64,000 nucleotides of DNA from an uncultured virus (IMG/VR IMGVR_UViG_3300043775_002819) (lineage: Duplodnaviria; Heunggongvirae; Uroviricota; Caudoviricetes), in IMG/VR virus record IMGVR_UViG_3300043775_002819. One strand, written 5' to 3'. The position numbers and the translations under genes are program-made. Shown piece by piece: positions 23,584-34,136 of this stretch; the stretch's first letter is position 1; each line of letters starts with the position of its first letter. The notes beneath the pieces are model-generated. The model searched no databases, was not told the DNA's origin, and worked only from the letters and a program-made list of their open reading frames with translations.

Positions 23584-25059
23584 TTAAAATAATCCCTGTG
23601 CTTCAGCATCTTGCACGGTTAATTTCGACATTTCTTGTTTTAGTTTATCTGATTTTAATCCGGCTTTTAAGTCTTCTTCCGCTTTTTTAATTTGTTCTTC
23701 GCTTATCTCACCATTTTCTATTTTGTGTTGACAAGTCCACCCATCAACACCAAGAGCGGCACAAAGAGCCGCGGTAACTAATACTGTTTTTCCCGATTTT
23801 TTTAAAACCACAGGAATTGGTTTAGTAAATTTGAAATCTTTGGTAAATTGTTTAACTCCTTCGCCCGCCTTTTTAAGTGAATCTTTTGCTGTTCCTACAA
23901 CGCCCTTTTCACCTTCCTTAGCGGCTGTTTGTGCTGCCTTTTCAGCAACCTCAACTTCTTTTGTTAAAATTGTTTCGGCCTTTGCTCCGTATTTTTCAAG
24001 AAATGTTAATCCTAATTTTTCTCCGACAAACTTCATAGATTTTCCTATTGCAGAAAATATTTTACCAAGGCTTCCCTTGAAAAAGTTTAGAACTCTTCTA
24101 AAAATACCTCCTTCAGTTGCCGCCTTAATTCCCAATTCGGCAAATCCCTTGATTCCTCTAAGAGCCGATTTTGCTAAAAACCCTAACGCTGGTAACACGG
24201 CACATATGGCGTCGATAATTATTTCCATCCAACTCCATTTGTATTTACCTGATTCGTATTTACCGCTCAACATTTTGTAAATGTCCCAAATTAACAAACT
24301 ACCAAATACTATAACATCCGCCACTTGACCCACACCAGGAATAAATGAAATTGCGGTCATAACTCCCATTCCCACGGCAGAAAATGATGCGTCTCTAATT
24401 CCCTCCATTAAACACTCAAAGAAATTATTTGTTAAACAATTCCATGCCCTTGCAACCGCATCTTTAACATAATTCCAAGCGTTACTAACTTTTTCTCCTG
24501 CCCATGTAAAAAATCCTTTATCTCTAATTTGTTTTGCCTGATCTACAGTCCAATCAACGGCCTTTTTTCCTTGATCGTAAACCCAACTACCAACATTTTT
24601 TACACCTCTACCGATTGATCCAATAGGGTCACTAAAGAAATCCCCAATCATATTTTCATGTAAAATGTTTGAGATACTATTCCAAGCATCATTTACCCTA
24701 CTTTCAACAAGTAGTTTATCTACTGATTCATTGATTAGAAGTAATTTGTTTCCATAAACTTCTTCCCATTCCTTTATAATGGTTGTGTAGTTTTTCAATT
24801 CAAAGATCTCGAGTAATCTATATAAAGATCTTCTAGGTGAATTGGAATACTCTATAAGAGATATTTGATTCGCCTTATAAAATGTCGAATAATGTTCCTT
24901 TAACATTTGAATACCTAAGTGAAGGTTTTCGTAAGAATATTCGATTAAATTTGTTTTGGAATTTGAAAAAAAAGAATTGGTCTCTAATATACCCTCATTT
25001 GTAAAAATATATTTTACATCGTGAGATATACCGACCAATTTTAAATTATTGTAGTTCAT
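23584..25059 (-). CDS. hypothetical protein with hydrophobic segments, putative virion/ejection protein
   Basis: 491 aa, ISFIPGVGQ membrane-type segment. Confidence 0.7.
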   Translation of the reverse strand: MNYNNLKLVGISHDVKYIFTNEGILETNSFFSNSKTNLIEYSYENLHLGIQMLKEHYSTFYKANQISLIEYSNSPRRSLYRLLEIFELKNYTTIIKEWEEVYGNKLLLINESVDKLLVESRVNDAWNSISNILHENMIGDFFSDPIGSIGRGVKNVGSWVYDQGKKAVDWTVDQAKQIRDKGFFTWAGEKVSNAWNYVKDAVARAWNCLTNNFFECLMEGIRDASFSAVGMGVMTAISFIPGVGQVADVIVFGSLLIWDIYKMLSGKYESGKYKWSWMEIIIDAICAVLPALGFLAKSALRGIKGFAELGIKAATEGGIFRRVLNFFKGSLGKIFSAIGKSMKFVGEKLGLTFLEKYGAKAETILTKEVEVAEKAAQTAAKEGEKGVVGTAKDSLKKAGEGVKQFTKDFKFTKPIPVVLKKSGKTVLVTAALCAALGVDGWTCQHKIENGEISEEQIKKAEEDLKAGLKSDKLKQEMSKLTVQDAEAQGLF

Positions 25060-25089
25060 AGTTTTTTTATAAATATCATTAAAAAATGT

Positions 25090-25323
25090 TTATAATAAAG
25101 TATTTGCCTTCCCTCTAGTCAGTTTGTTCAAATCTTTCCACTTAGCCTTATAATCTATTTGATTTGCAACACTTCTCGTTAGTCCTGTTTCCCATTTTGT
25201 AACCGTAGGATAAGCAGCTCCGCCACCACCTCCCGATCCTCCAGCATCTTGTTCTCCAATCTCATCTTTCGATTCGGTTGTTGTATATCTTTTTAGCAAA
25301 TAAATTATTTCGTCTAATTCCAT
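25090..25323 (-). CDS. small hypothetical protein (KWETGLTR / TRGKANTL)
   Basis: ORF with TATTTAT motif upstream. Confidence 0.65.
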   Translation of the reverse strand: MELDEIIYLLKRYTTTESKDEIGEQDAGGSGGGGGAAYPTVTKWETGLTRSVANQIDYKAKWKDLNKLTRGKANTLL

Positions 25324-25386
25324 TTTTTTAATAAATAGTCCTTGTAATTAAAAAAATATATTTATATTTGTAGAAATTAAAACCAT

Positions 25387-25887
25387 ATGAAAAACATTTT
25401 ATCAATTCTTATTTTATCTCTTGTTATAAGCTCTTGTGTAAAGTATGCACAACCACCACTTCTTAGTTTAAGTGGAGAATATCGTATAGATAAAATTACT
25501 TATGAAAACCGAGACTATTCAGGGTTGAACCAAGTTTTTTACCCCGGAACGCTTTACGTAAATGAAAGTGAAACAAAACCTTTGGATTCTATTGAGGTTG
25601 GGTTTACAAGACTTGCTTTGGACTATTCTGTAATTTATTTCTATCCTATTGATTTACCCAGTGGTGGGACAACTTGGACTAAAAAATTCACATATTACGT
25701 TCATGGTCAAAGAAACGTATATGATTTGGGATATATTGTTTTTGATTACGATGGAACTCGTAGAGTTTGGAAAATAATTGATGATGGTCCTGAAAGTCTT
25801 GTTATTAGAACATCAGGAAGCTATGATTATGGTTCAAACAGCAGTGGTGAAACCACAACCATGTTTTTAACTCGAGTTGGTCCTTAG
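25387..25887 (+). CDS. putative lipoprotein
   Basis: Lipobox LVISSC; TATATTTG promoter upstream. Confidence 0.7.
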   Translation: MKNILSILILSLVISSCVKYAQPPLLSLSGEYRIDKITYENRDYSGLNQVFYPGTLYVNESETKPLDSIEVGFTRLALDYSVIYFYPIDLPSGGTTWTKKFTYYVHGQRNVYDLGYIVFDYDGTRRVWKIIDDGPESLVIRTSGSYDYGSNSSGETTTMFLTRVGP

Positions 25888-26183
25888 ATTAACTCGGGTT
25901 TTGGTAGTTTTTCGGGGCTCACTATATAATATTCATTTAGAAAACTAATTAGATTGTCTTCGTCAATTGATGGGGAATCAAACCAATATAAATTTTCTTC
26001 GTCATCATCGTCATATGATTCAATTTCCTCTAATATCAAATCATAACCAAAATCAGAAGCCTCATTTAAATTGATATTATCAATTCTAATTTCATCCTCA
26101 GAATCGACATTTAATCTAAATTGAACTTCTATGGTGTTTGTGTTTTCGTGTAGATAAAAAAAAATCAATTCTTGAATTTCCAT
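25884..26183 (-). CDS. acidic hypothetical protein
   Basis: Start set at MEIQEL. Confidence 0.65.
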   Translation of the reverse strand: MEIQELIFFYLHENTNTIEVQFRLNVDSEDEIRIDNINLNEASDFGYDLILEEIESYDDDDEENLYWFDSPSIDEDNLISFLNEYYIVSPEKLPKPELI

Positions 26184-26184
26184 T

Positions 26185-26799
26185 TTAGTTGTATTTTTTG
26201 AATCTTTCGAACATGTGTCTCGACTCATACAATTGTTGAACTAATTCAGGTAGTATTTCTTCATCAACATTTTGTAGTGTATCTTGTAGTCTTTCACTGT
26301 AAGTTAAATATTCTTCGTCTGTATTGTCATAATCTTTGCTCGCTGAATAGTCCTCAAGTTCGTCAATATCATATTCAAACCTATCTAAGTTTTGTAAGCT
26401 TGTGTTTGGTATGTCCTCTTCATCTGAGATTTTACCATAGGTTACAAATTCTTCTTCTTCCTCGTTGGGTGATGGATAATATTGGTCCAACATTTTTTTA
26501 TTGATTGAATTTGTTTGACTCACACTATCAATATCTATCGTTCCGTTTTCTAAGTCCATAGGCCCATCGGCAATCATATCTAAAAGACCTTCATTAATAC
26601 CTACGTTAGTATAAGTCTTAACCAATCCTTTATTATTTACCGTAATACCATTTTTATCATTTGCCAAATCCTGAACATAAAGAGGATATTGGTTTGATTG
26701 TTGATTGTATTTTGTTACATAACCATCATATACATGTTTATGTTGATCCAAGATGTTCTCTCTTTCTTGTTTGTTCATTTTAAAAAAGTATGAATTCAT
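26185..26799 (-). CDS. acidic hypothetical protein with leader motif
   Basis: MNKQERENILDQH. Confidence 0.7.
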   Translation of the reverse strand: MNSYFFKMNKQERENILDQHKHVYDGYVTKYNQQSNQYPLYVQDLANDKNGITVNNKGLVKTYTNVGINEGLLDMIADGPMDLENGTIDIDSVSQTNSINKKMLDQYYPSPNEEEEEFVTYGKISDEEDIPNTSLQNLDRFEYDIDELEDYSASKDYDNTDEEYLTYSERLQDTLQNVDEEILPELVQQLYESRHMFERFKKYN

Positions 26800-26911
26800 A
26801 ACTATATTTTTTTATATAAATATCTCAACTACGATATAAATTAAAATAGAAATATAATTTAAGTTTATAATTTATAAATTATTATTCCATATAAAGATAT
26901 TTACATATAGT

Positions 26912-27532
26912 ATGGATATAATTTTAACAGAATCGCAATACATTAAAGTTCTACAAGAATCTAAAGAAAATGCCATGTCGGATATTTTTACTAATTCGAA
27001 AAACTTTACAAAAAAAATTATCGAAGACGTAAAAAAACAATTTGGAATTGATTTTGTTTTTTTGGGAACTTGGGGTTCTGTAATAGGGGGATTTGTGGGA
27101 CCTGTTTCAAAATATATGAGTGGTAGATATCCAAACCTAACAGAAACAGACATAACCCTAATATCTTTTGGTATAATTTTAACTTTTTTTTCCTCGAATA
27201 AGGAAAAATTACGTGAGGTGTTAGAACTAATAAAAGAAAAAAAATTAATTACGTTTTTTGATAGAGCACTTTCAAAATCCTATGATTTAAGAGATGCTCT
27301 TTTCGGTTTTTTAGAAAGTTTGAATTTAACTTTTTCAAAAGTCTCTAATATGATCGCCTACACGTTTTTGGTCCCATTAGTTCCAATATTGAAAGATCTT
27401 TCAGATTTATCAATAGGTGAAAAACAAATTAAATTATTAGCGATGGGTGTAGGACACTATTTAGGCGGGATTTTTACATCACATATTGTTTATATGCTAG
27501 TCAAAAAGATTATAGATAGGTTTAAATCTTAG
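26912..27532 (+). CDS. membrane protein with MDIILTESQY leader
   Basis: Several hydrophobic segments. Confidence 0.7.
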   Translation: MDIILTESQYIKVLQESKENAMSDIFTNSKNFTKKIIEDVKKQFGIDFVFLGTWGSVIGGFVGPVSKYMSGRYPNLTETDITLISFGIILTFFSSNKEKLREVLELIKEKKLITFFDRALSKSYDLRDALFGFLESLNLTFSKVSNMIAYTFLVPLVPILKDLSDLSIGEKQIKLLAMGVGHYLGGIFTSHIVYMLVKKIIDRFKS

Positions 27533-28145
27533 GTCTGTAATTTAATATCATCGATACAGTTTCTTCAACTTCAGAATCATCCATTTGATGAACATCCTTA
27601 TACTTTTTGAACCAATTTTTAACTAATTCATCGAAAGGTTTTTTTGTGATTTTTGACATTCTTTTGAATCCGTAATATTGAGCGTCAATTTCCTCAGGTC
27701 TTGTATAATACTCGAAACCTTTTTCTTCATCAACATCCATGTCAGAATCCAAATCAAATAGACCGGTATTTTTTTGGTGACTATGTCTAAGTTCGTGTGC
27801 AATGAGTTCGTTTAATTCTCCGACCATGTTGTAGATATTTTTAGTTTTAAATTCTGGATTATATACTATTTTTACAACAATAGTATCATCATCGGGATAA
27901 AAATCGGCGTTTAATAAAAAATCGTCAACCGTATTTGACTCTTCCAAAATTAATTCAACAGAAACAAATATGTCTTTAAAGTCGTATTCGTCAGACTCTT
28001 CATCAACATCGTAGGGTAAATAAAAATGCCCGTCAGATTCTTTTTTATACATAAGAACAATATCCTTTATAATCTGTCGAACTAATGAGTCATATCTATA
28101 ACTCTCCATTAAATCTATTTTTTTTGCTAAAAAATAATTACCCAA
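27522..28145 (-). CDS. HExxH metallopeptidase-like protein
   Basis: IAHELRHSHQ...YYTRPEEIDA. Confidence 0.65.
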   Translation of the reverse strand: MGNYFLAKKIDLMESYRYDSLVRQIIKDIVLMYKKESDGHFYLPYDVDEESDEYDFKDIFVSVELILEESNTVDDFLLNADFYPDDDTIVVKIVYNPEFKTKNIYNMVGELNELIAHELRHSHQKNTGLFDLDSDMDVDEEKGFEYYTRPEEIDAQYYGFKRMSKITKKPFDELVKNWFKKYKDVHQMDDSEVEETVSMILNYRPKI

Positions 28146-28173
28146 AATAAAATTGTGTTAATTTAGTTATTTA

Positions 28174-28545
28174 TTACCAAGTTCTACAAGCCCAATATCT
28201 TGGTTTCCATCTTGGTCCAGGATTATCGCAATTGTGTCTTGCTCTGAAAGATCGTCGTCTTTCTGGGTTATTTTTTTTAATAACCATTCTTTTCCCTTTT
28301 GCTGATTTACCACCAAAACCAAAATTAACTTTAACAACTTTACCTTTGTCATTTTTAACATAAACCTTAAACTTTTTTACGTCACCCTGCATTATTTTAC
28401 CAAGTTGAACTTTTCTTCCTTGATATTCGGCTTCATTTAAAAAATCAACATCTTCAACCGACCCATAGAAATCCTCAAAAATAAACTTAGGTCTTAAAAA
28501 TGACTCAATCAATACTTTCCTTATAATGTCATTAATATTTTTCAT
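28174..28545 (-). CDS. basic phage protein (RRSFRARHNC...RYWACRTW)
   Basis: Motif typical of large-phage proteins. Confidence 0.7.
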   Translation of the reverse strand: MKNINDIIRKVLIESFLRPKFIFEDFYGSVEDVDFLNEAEYQGRKVQLGKIMQGDVKKFKVYVKNDKGKVVKVNFGFGGKSAKGKRMVIKKNNPERRRSFRARHNCDNPGPRWKPRYWACRTW

Positions 28546-28599
28546 ATTATCTAATATTTATTATTATAAATACTTAAAGTTTTTAAAATATATTATAAG

Positions 28600-29127
28600 A
28601 TGAAACGAAATCAATTTAATAACCGTGACCTAAATAGAGTCATTAGAAAAGTTCTTTTAGAAAACGAAATGGAAGGAAAAAAAAATAAAAAGGAAAAACC
28701 TAAGTGTATTCCTGAAAATGTTATGCCTCTAGACGAAATAGTCGGGAGAGCGGGTGAATTTGATAAATACACACCAGGGATTACCAAAAGAATTACAGGG
28801 GTTAACTCTATGGTTGATACTTTAGGGATTTTGAATAATATCCGTTTGTTTAAAGACATTAAAGACGGTGGAACACATTTGGCATATGAAATGATGAATC
28901 ATTTGAATAAGTTTAGGAATAAAAACTATTATGACGAGACTACAGGTGAATGCAATAAAGCCATGGATAAGATCATCGAGTTATATAAAGAAAATGAACA
29001 CGGAACTGAGTTAGTTAAGGACATTGAAAGGGTTTTAAACCTTCAAACTAAGGATGATGAATATACTCCGTCCCCAAGAGCTAAAGAATACCTAAAACAA
29101 TCAATAAACCTTATTAAAGGAATCTAA
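28600..29127 (+). CDS. hypothetical protein with leader motif
   Basis: DLNRVIRKVLLE. Confidence 0.7.
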   Translation: MKRNQFNNRDLNRVIRKVLLENEMEGKKNKKEKPKCIPENVMPLDEIVGRAGEFDKYTPGITKRITGVNSMVDTLGILNNIRLFKDIKDGGTHLAYEMMNHLNKFRNKNYYDETTGECNKAMDKIIELYKENEHGTELVKDIERVLNLQTKDDEYTPSPRAKEYLKQSINLIKGI

Positions 29128-29128
29128 A

Positions 29129-29377
29129 ATGACAAAGTTAAAAAAAATGACTAGTGATTATTGGAAACCAACACCCAAAAAATGGAGAAAATGGGGTGAT
29201 TCTTTATTGGCAATCGCTTCTGTTCTTGCGATAGGTGGTTTATGGCAATTCGACAACTTAAAAGACATATTTACACCCTTAGAAATAAAGTCTATGATAG
29301 TATCGTCTATTATATTTGGTGTTGTTGGTAAGTTTTTAACCAATTTCTTTAAAGAAGATAATCCTGAAAACGAGTAA
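29129..29377 (+). CDS. small 2-TM protein (holin-like)
   Basis: PTPKKWRKWGD followed by two TMs. Confidence 0.6.
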   Translation: MTKLKKMTSDYWKPTPKKWRKWGDSLLAIASVLAIGGLWQFDNLKDIFTPLEIKSMIVSSIIFGVVGKFLTNFFKEDNPENE

Positions 29378-29479
29378 AAATACCCCTATTTTAACGTAAA
29401 AACCCCCAAAATAGGGGGTTTTTTTGTATATATAGAGACAAAAAACGACCTAAAATAGGTCTTTTTTCGGTGTTTTTAT

Positions 29480-29773
29480 CTACTTTTGACCCATTTTTTT
29501 ACCAATTTCACTCATTCTTTGGTTAAATTTAGTAATATTTTCGTTAAAATTACCCATTTGACCCCCAAAATTACCAATATTTTGATAAAAATCCTCTAAA
29601 TTATCCAAATTTCCAAGATTTTGAACGAAATTTGACGGATTTTGCATGTTTTTTAGGTCTTTTAGGGTAGAAAATAGTGATTTTCCGTATTTTTTCCACC
29701 AAATAATGAATAAAATGGTAGTAAAAAGGATAATAATACTAAAAACTAATAAAGAAATTGATAATAATGTCAT
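29480..29773 (-). CDS. membrane-anchored hypothetical protein
   Basis: N-terminal TM. Confidence 0.6.
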   Translation of the reverse strand: MTLLSISLLVFSIIILFTTILFIIWWKKYGKSLFSTLKDLKNMQNPSNFVQNLGNLDNLEDFYQNIGNFGGQMGNFNENITKFNQRMSEIGKKMGQK

Positions 29774-29845
29774 AATATGTGTGTTTTTATGAAAAAATCG
29801 TCAATTTTTGTGATATAATCAAGTTTTTAGGTAAAAAAAACACGA

Positions 29846-30505
29846 TTATCTACCCATAAAGTGTTTTACAAGTTCAGTTGTTAGTTTATTTACCCTATTT
29901 GTTGCTGATCTACCTGTAATTTCTACATTTTTTTGCTCTAAATCGGTAATTGCGGCTGAAATCATGATATTTCTTACGTTTTCAGACATTTCTAAGATTT
30001 TTTCTATTTTTTCTTCATCATTATCGTCTAATTCACGTTGCATTCGGTATAAATCAAAGTATTTTGTTAAATAATCTTTAGTTTGACCTAAAAATTGACC
30101 TGATTGGAACATATTTACCACACCTAACTGTCTAATTACCTCCAAATAGTCTAAAATATACTTCAAATCGGACTTTTTAAAGAGTCTCGACCACTCATGT
30201 CGTCTAATTAACTCATCTAAGTCAGTTATTACACGATTTTTGGCCTCATTTAGGTCATTTTGAGTAAATTCGGGATCTAATATCCAAGAATCGGCCTCAG
30301 GAAGTAAAGAAAGGGTGCTAATTACCTTACCATCGTCATCTAACCACTCTACATTATACATATAACTAGGTGATTCCCCGAAAGATGGTGCTTGACCAAT
30401 ACTTTTAACCCTTCCTTTGGTTCCTGTATCAATATCTTCACCTGGCATGTAGATTAAAACAATGCGATCACCCTCTTTTAACTCAGGATTTTTCTTTTTA
30501 CTCAT
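29846..30505 (-). CDS. hypothetical protein (SH3-like N-terminus plus IRQLGVVNMF domain)
   Basis: GDRIVLIYM...GTKGRV...VEW. Confidence 0.65.
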   Translation of the reverse strand: MSKKKNPELKEGDRIVLIYMPGEDIDTGTKGRVKSIGQAPSFGESPSYMYNVEWLDDDGKVISTLSLLPEADSWILDPEFTQNDLNEAKNRVITDLDELIRRHEWSRLFKKSDLKYILDYLEVIRQLGVVNMFQSGQFLGQTKDYLTKYFDLYRMQRELDDNDEEKIEKILEMSENVRNIMISAAITDLEQKNVEITGRSATNRVNKLTTELVKHFMGR

Positions 30506-30520
30506 ATAAATAAATATCTA

Positions 30521-32971
30521 TTACTTAATAAGCGTAAAACTACCGTAAAATTCTTTGATTTCATCGGTTTTGGGACTTTTAAATTTTAATTTCCACGTAT
30601 AAACCCCATCTTGACAAGGAATATTGTTATATGTCCCATCCCAACCCACATTGGTATTAAAAGATTCCCATACAATCTGTCCCCACCTATTAAAAACCAC
30701 AAAAGAGTAGTTAAAAATGTCCACTCCTGAGGTGATTATTGGTTTTAATATGTTATTTCTTTCATCACCATCGGGTGTAAAGGCATTTGGGATGTAAAAT
30801 ATCTCATTTGGACACAATTCTAAGGTTATGGTGAAGGATTGGGGGTTAGAAACACACCCATTGTCCCATCTTACTCCCTGAAAAGTGAATATACCGTCCA
30901 TATCCCACGTTATATTTAACGTATTGTTAGTAATTGTATCCCCAAACACATACCATTCGTTATATCCACCACTAACTGATGATAAACTAAACACATCTGA
31001 TACAGTATCACCCTCACATATTTGATGATACTCTAAATTCTCATCAACAACACCATTTGTCACAGGTAAAATGTTAGGTCGTGGATAAACTTGAACGTTA
31101 ATTGACGTATCAAACCAACATCCTGACTGAGAATACATATAATTTACAAAATCTAACCCAATAAACCCATTGTCAGGACAATATTGATTACCCCAAACGT
31201 TTAATCCACTGAAAATTCCATTAGGTGGGGTTGCAATTAAGTTAATACAGTTGTCATATTCACAAAACGGACCGATAGGTGTAATTACAGGTAGTATATT
31301 CAATACAACAATAGAAAAAGTTTGAGGTTGTGACTGACATCCAACTTGATTTACACCAATAACTGATAAAGTATTGGAATATAGACCCCCATTCACACCA
31401 GTTACGTCCAAATTTATTTGATTTGTCCCTTGTCCTGACGAGATATTTCCCATCGTGTTAGTCCATACGTAGTTTAGGTTAGGAAAAACACTTGAGACGT
31501 TGTATAAATTACCTGTAGAGTTAAAACAAACTGTGTCTGATCCTGTAATCGGGTTAATTGTTACAAGTGGAGGATCAACTAACGTTGTGGTTTGAGTTAC
31601 AGGACAGTTATTTGCGTCTGTAACAGTCACAGAATAGTTTCCCGAACATAAATTAGTTGCCGTTTGAGTGGTTTGACCATCATTCCAAAGATATGTGTAT
31701 GGTGCAAGTCCATCTATAGGATTAACAATTGATGATCCGTCACAATAACCAAAACAAGTTGGGTTAGTTGACGTTACTGTTGGTAATTGTAATGGTGGTG
31801 GGTTTAATAAAGTTGAAGTTCCGTTATATACACACCCATTTGCATCGGTCAAAGAGAAATTATATGTCCCTGAACACAAATTATTTAATGTTAGAGTGTT
31901 TGACCCATTAGACCAATTGATAATATAAGGACCTAATCCGCCAACAGGAGTTACAACTATTGATCCATTACAACCATTATTACACAAAGGATCTGTTGGA
32001 GTAATTGTGGGAGGTGGTAAATTTGGTGTTGGTGTTACTAAAATTGTATCAGGACCTTGTCCAACTCCTGCGTTACAAGAGGACCAACCAGCATTACAAG
32101 AAGGGAACACTGGTTGGCAGGTATAATAAGCTCCTCCGATTGGAGGAGTAACAGTAATACTCAATCCCGTACCAATTGGGTTAGGGTTTCCAACCTGATA
32201 CCAAGTCCATGTTGGCTGAATTACACCTCCACTTGGCGTCCAACGATAAGCATTGTTAACAGTGGTCCATTGTGTTGAGTTTCTACCTGCAACAGGAACT
32301 GCCGCATTTCCTAAAAGGTTGTGAATACCCTGAACTGCGGTTCCTCCTGCCCATTGATTACATGCGGGTTTATTTGCAATATGATTTTCAATCACGTTAG
32401 TTGATTCGTAAAGAATAATATGAAAAGTTCCCTGAAGGTTTGTACAAGAAAACATAGGAACACCTATCCAACTGACTACTAATTTACGACAAGGGGCAGT
32501 TCCTTGTACTTGATATCTAATTTGACCCCCTAAACTTGGATTCCAATCTTGCCACGGACCCATAATACAATTTTTGGGAACTGCGGCATTTGCTGAAGGT
32601 ATTGCTTGAGTGGCAAAAGTGGCTGGTTGAACTCCAGCACCCAACGAAATCCATCCATTTGATCCTATACGAAACTGTGTATAATTAGAACCGTAAAAAC
32701 AAAAAGTAAACCCAATATTAAACGTATTAGATTGTGAATCATCACTAAGTTGTACCAATGTTCCGTTATTAACTTGTACAACATAAGGTATGTTAGTAAC
32801 TCCGTAATTAGAGGTTCCTTGAGGAAGGGCTCCTTGACCACATTGTGATGGATCAGCAGTTAACGTTGTTGAGTTTACACCACAAGGTAAAGTTAAGTCA
32901 GGTCCAATATAAGGACAATACTGAGAATAAATAAAAAGGGGGAATAAAAATAAAAATAAAATGTGTTTCAT
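30521..32971 (-). CDS. T9SS type-B cargo (gliding-motility C-terminal domain) adhesin-like protein with SprB repeats
   Basis: Signal peptide; NLCSGTY..TDANGC repeats; YIPNAFTPDGDERN...FNRWG...GWDG...GVY. Confidence 0.88.
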   Translation of the reverse strand: MKHILFLFLFPLFIYSQYCPYIGPDLTLPCGVNSTTLTADPSQCGQGALPQGTSNYGVTNIPYVVQVNNGTLVQLSDDSQSNTFNIGFTFCFYGSNYTQFRIGSNGWISLGAGVQPATFATQAIPSANAAVPKNCIMGPWQDWNPSLGGQIRYQVQGTAPCRKLVVSWIGVPMFSCTNLQGTFHIILYESTNVIENHIANKPACNQWAGGTAVQGIHNLLGNAAVPVAGRNSTQWTTVNNAYRWTPSGGVIQPTWTWYQVGNPNPIGTGLSITVTPPIGGAYYTCQPVFPSCNAGWSSCNAGVGQGPDTILVTPTPNLPPPTITPTDPLCNNGCNGSIVVTPVGGLGPYIINWSNGSNTLTLNNLCSGTYNFSLTDANGCVYNGTSTLLNPPPLQLPTVTSTNPTCFGYCDGSSIVNPIDGLAPYTYLWNDGQTTQTATNLCSGNYSVTVTDANNCPVTQTTTLVDPPLVTINPITGSDTVCFNSTGNLYNVSSVFPNLNYVWTNTMGNISSGQGTNQINLDVTGVNGGLYSNTLSVIGVNQVGCQSQPQTFSIVVLNILPVITPIGPFCEYDNCINLIATPPNGIFSGLNVWGNQYCPDNGFIGLDFVNYMYSQSGCWFDTSINVQVYPRPNILPVTNGVVDENLEYHQICEGDTVSDVFSLSSVSGGYNEWYVFGDTITNNTLNITWDMDGIFTFQGVRWDNGCVSNPQSFTITLELCPNEIFYIPNAFTPDGDERNNILKPIITSGVDIFNYSFVVFNRWGQIVWESFNTNVGWDGTYNNIPCQDGVYTWKLKFKSPKTDEIKEFYGSFTLIK

Positions 32972-33034
32972 AATTTAAATACGTTATTTATCTTGTTAAG
33001 TTGTTATTGAATAAAAGTCCAATCAATATAAATG

Positions 33035-33229
33035 CTAATTTTTGGACTTCGCATCTTTCCACTCAAGGTAAATTGTATGTAAAACCATGGAATTAATCAA
33101 CACGCACAAAAAAAATTCTAAAAACCAATGCCAATCAACTTGTGTCACTCCCATATGGACTCCAAACCACATAAAGGATCCGTATTTATTTATAAGAGTT
33201 AAATATAAATGTTTTAAAAAATCTAACAT
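33035..33229 (-). CDS. small membrane protein
   Basis: Hydrophobic; TATTTAT motif upstream. Confidence 0.55.
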   Translation of the reverse strand: MLDFLKHLYLTLINKYGSFMWFGVHMGVTQVDWHWFLEFFLCVLINSMVLHTIYLEWKDAKSKN

Positions 33230-33289
33230 ATATTATAAATATAGTTTTACAAAAACATTTTTTTGTTTTATGATTAGAAAAAAAAATTT

Positions 33290-33715
33290 ATGAAAATTGT
33301 TGAGGTAAACAGCACCGTGACTGTTAATTACACGGGAAAATTAGAAGATGGATCTGTTTTTGACACTTCATTAATGGAAGGTCGTGAACCATTATCGGCA
33401 ACTTTGGGTCAAGGTTCTTTAATTCCTGGTTTTGAAAAAGGTCTTTTGGGTATGAAAGAAGGTGATAAAAAAACTATTGAGATGGATCATACTGAAGCAT
33501 ATGGGGATCTTAGAGAAGATTTAGTTGTTGAGGTTCCAAAAGACAGAGTTCCTGAAAATGTTGAGGTAGGCCAAATGTTACAAACTATGACACAACAAGG
33601 ACCTATGAATGTTATGGTTAAAGAAGTAAACGAAACTAATGTTGTTTTGGACGCTAATCACCCATTGGCAGGAAAAAAATTAATTTTTGATTTAGAACTT
33701 GTTTCTGTAAATTAA
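33290..33715 (+). CDS. FKBP-type peptidyl-prolyl isomerase (SlyD/FkpB-like)
   Basis: YTGKLEDGSVFDTS, LIPGFE, AYG, DANHPLAGKKLIF. Confidence 0.92.
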   Translation: MKIVEVNSTVTVNYTGKLEDGSVFDTSLMEGREPLSATLGQGSLIPGFEKGLLGMKEGDKKTIEMDHTEAYGDLREDLVVEVPKDRVPENVEVGQMLQTMTQQGPMNVMVKEVNETNVVLDANHPLAGKKLIFDLELVSVN

Positions 33716-33780
33716 TTTTTTATATCAATTATTTTTATTTATCTTTGTAGTAATACAGGATAACTAAAATATTTATTGAT

Positions 33781-34107
33781 ATGTCAAAATTAAGAGAAGA
33801 GGTTGATTTATACAAAGACCTACCAAAAGAAAAGTTAAAAAAAATAATTAGACAATATAAGTTTTTGTCTTTTACAAACTCAGAGTTATATTATTTTTTA
33901 TATACGATTTTAACTTTTGGTGGGACTTTTTTATTCTTTTTTGGAGTTTCGTATAATTCCCTGTTAATAATGTTTCTGTTACATTACATTTTTTATTGGG
34001 AAATACTTTATAAAACGACAAACTTTAAGTCTTCGGACAAAAAGGAAAAAGAAGAAATCGATCAGATTATTGAAATCTTACAAGAACATCTTAAAGAAAA
34101 GAAATAA
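33781..34107 (+). CDS. membrane protein
   Basis: Two TMs; TATCTTTG promoter upstream. Confidence 0.6.
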   Translation: MSKLREEVDLYKDLPKEKLKKIIRQYKFLSFTNSELYYFLYTILTFGGTFLFFFGVSYNSLLIMFLLHYIFYWEILYKTTNFKSSDKKEKEEIDQIIEILQEHLKEKK

Positions 34108-34136
34108 AAAAACCCCTCTTTATAGAGGGGATTTTA

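Noticed and set aside
20019..24280. Plus-strand ORFs antisense to large genes (e.g. 20244, 22494, 22832, 23831)
   Set aside because: Shadow frames of real minus-strand genes and low-complexity repeats
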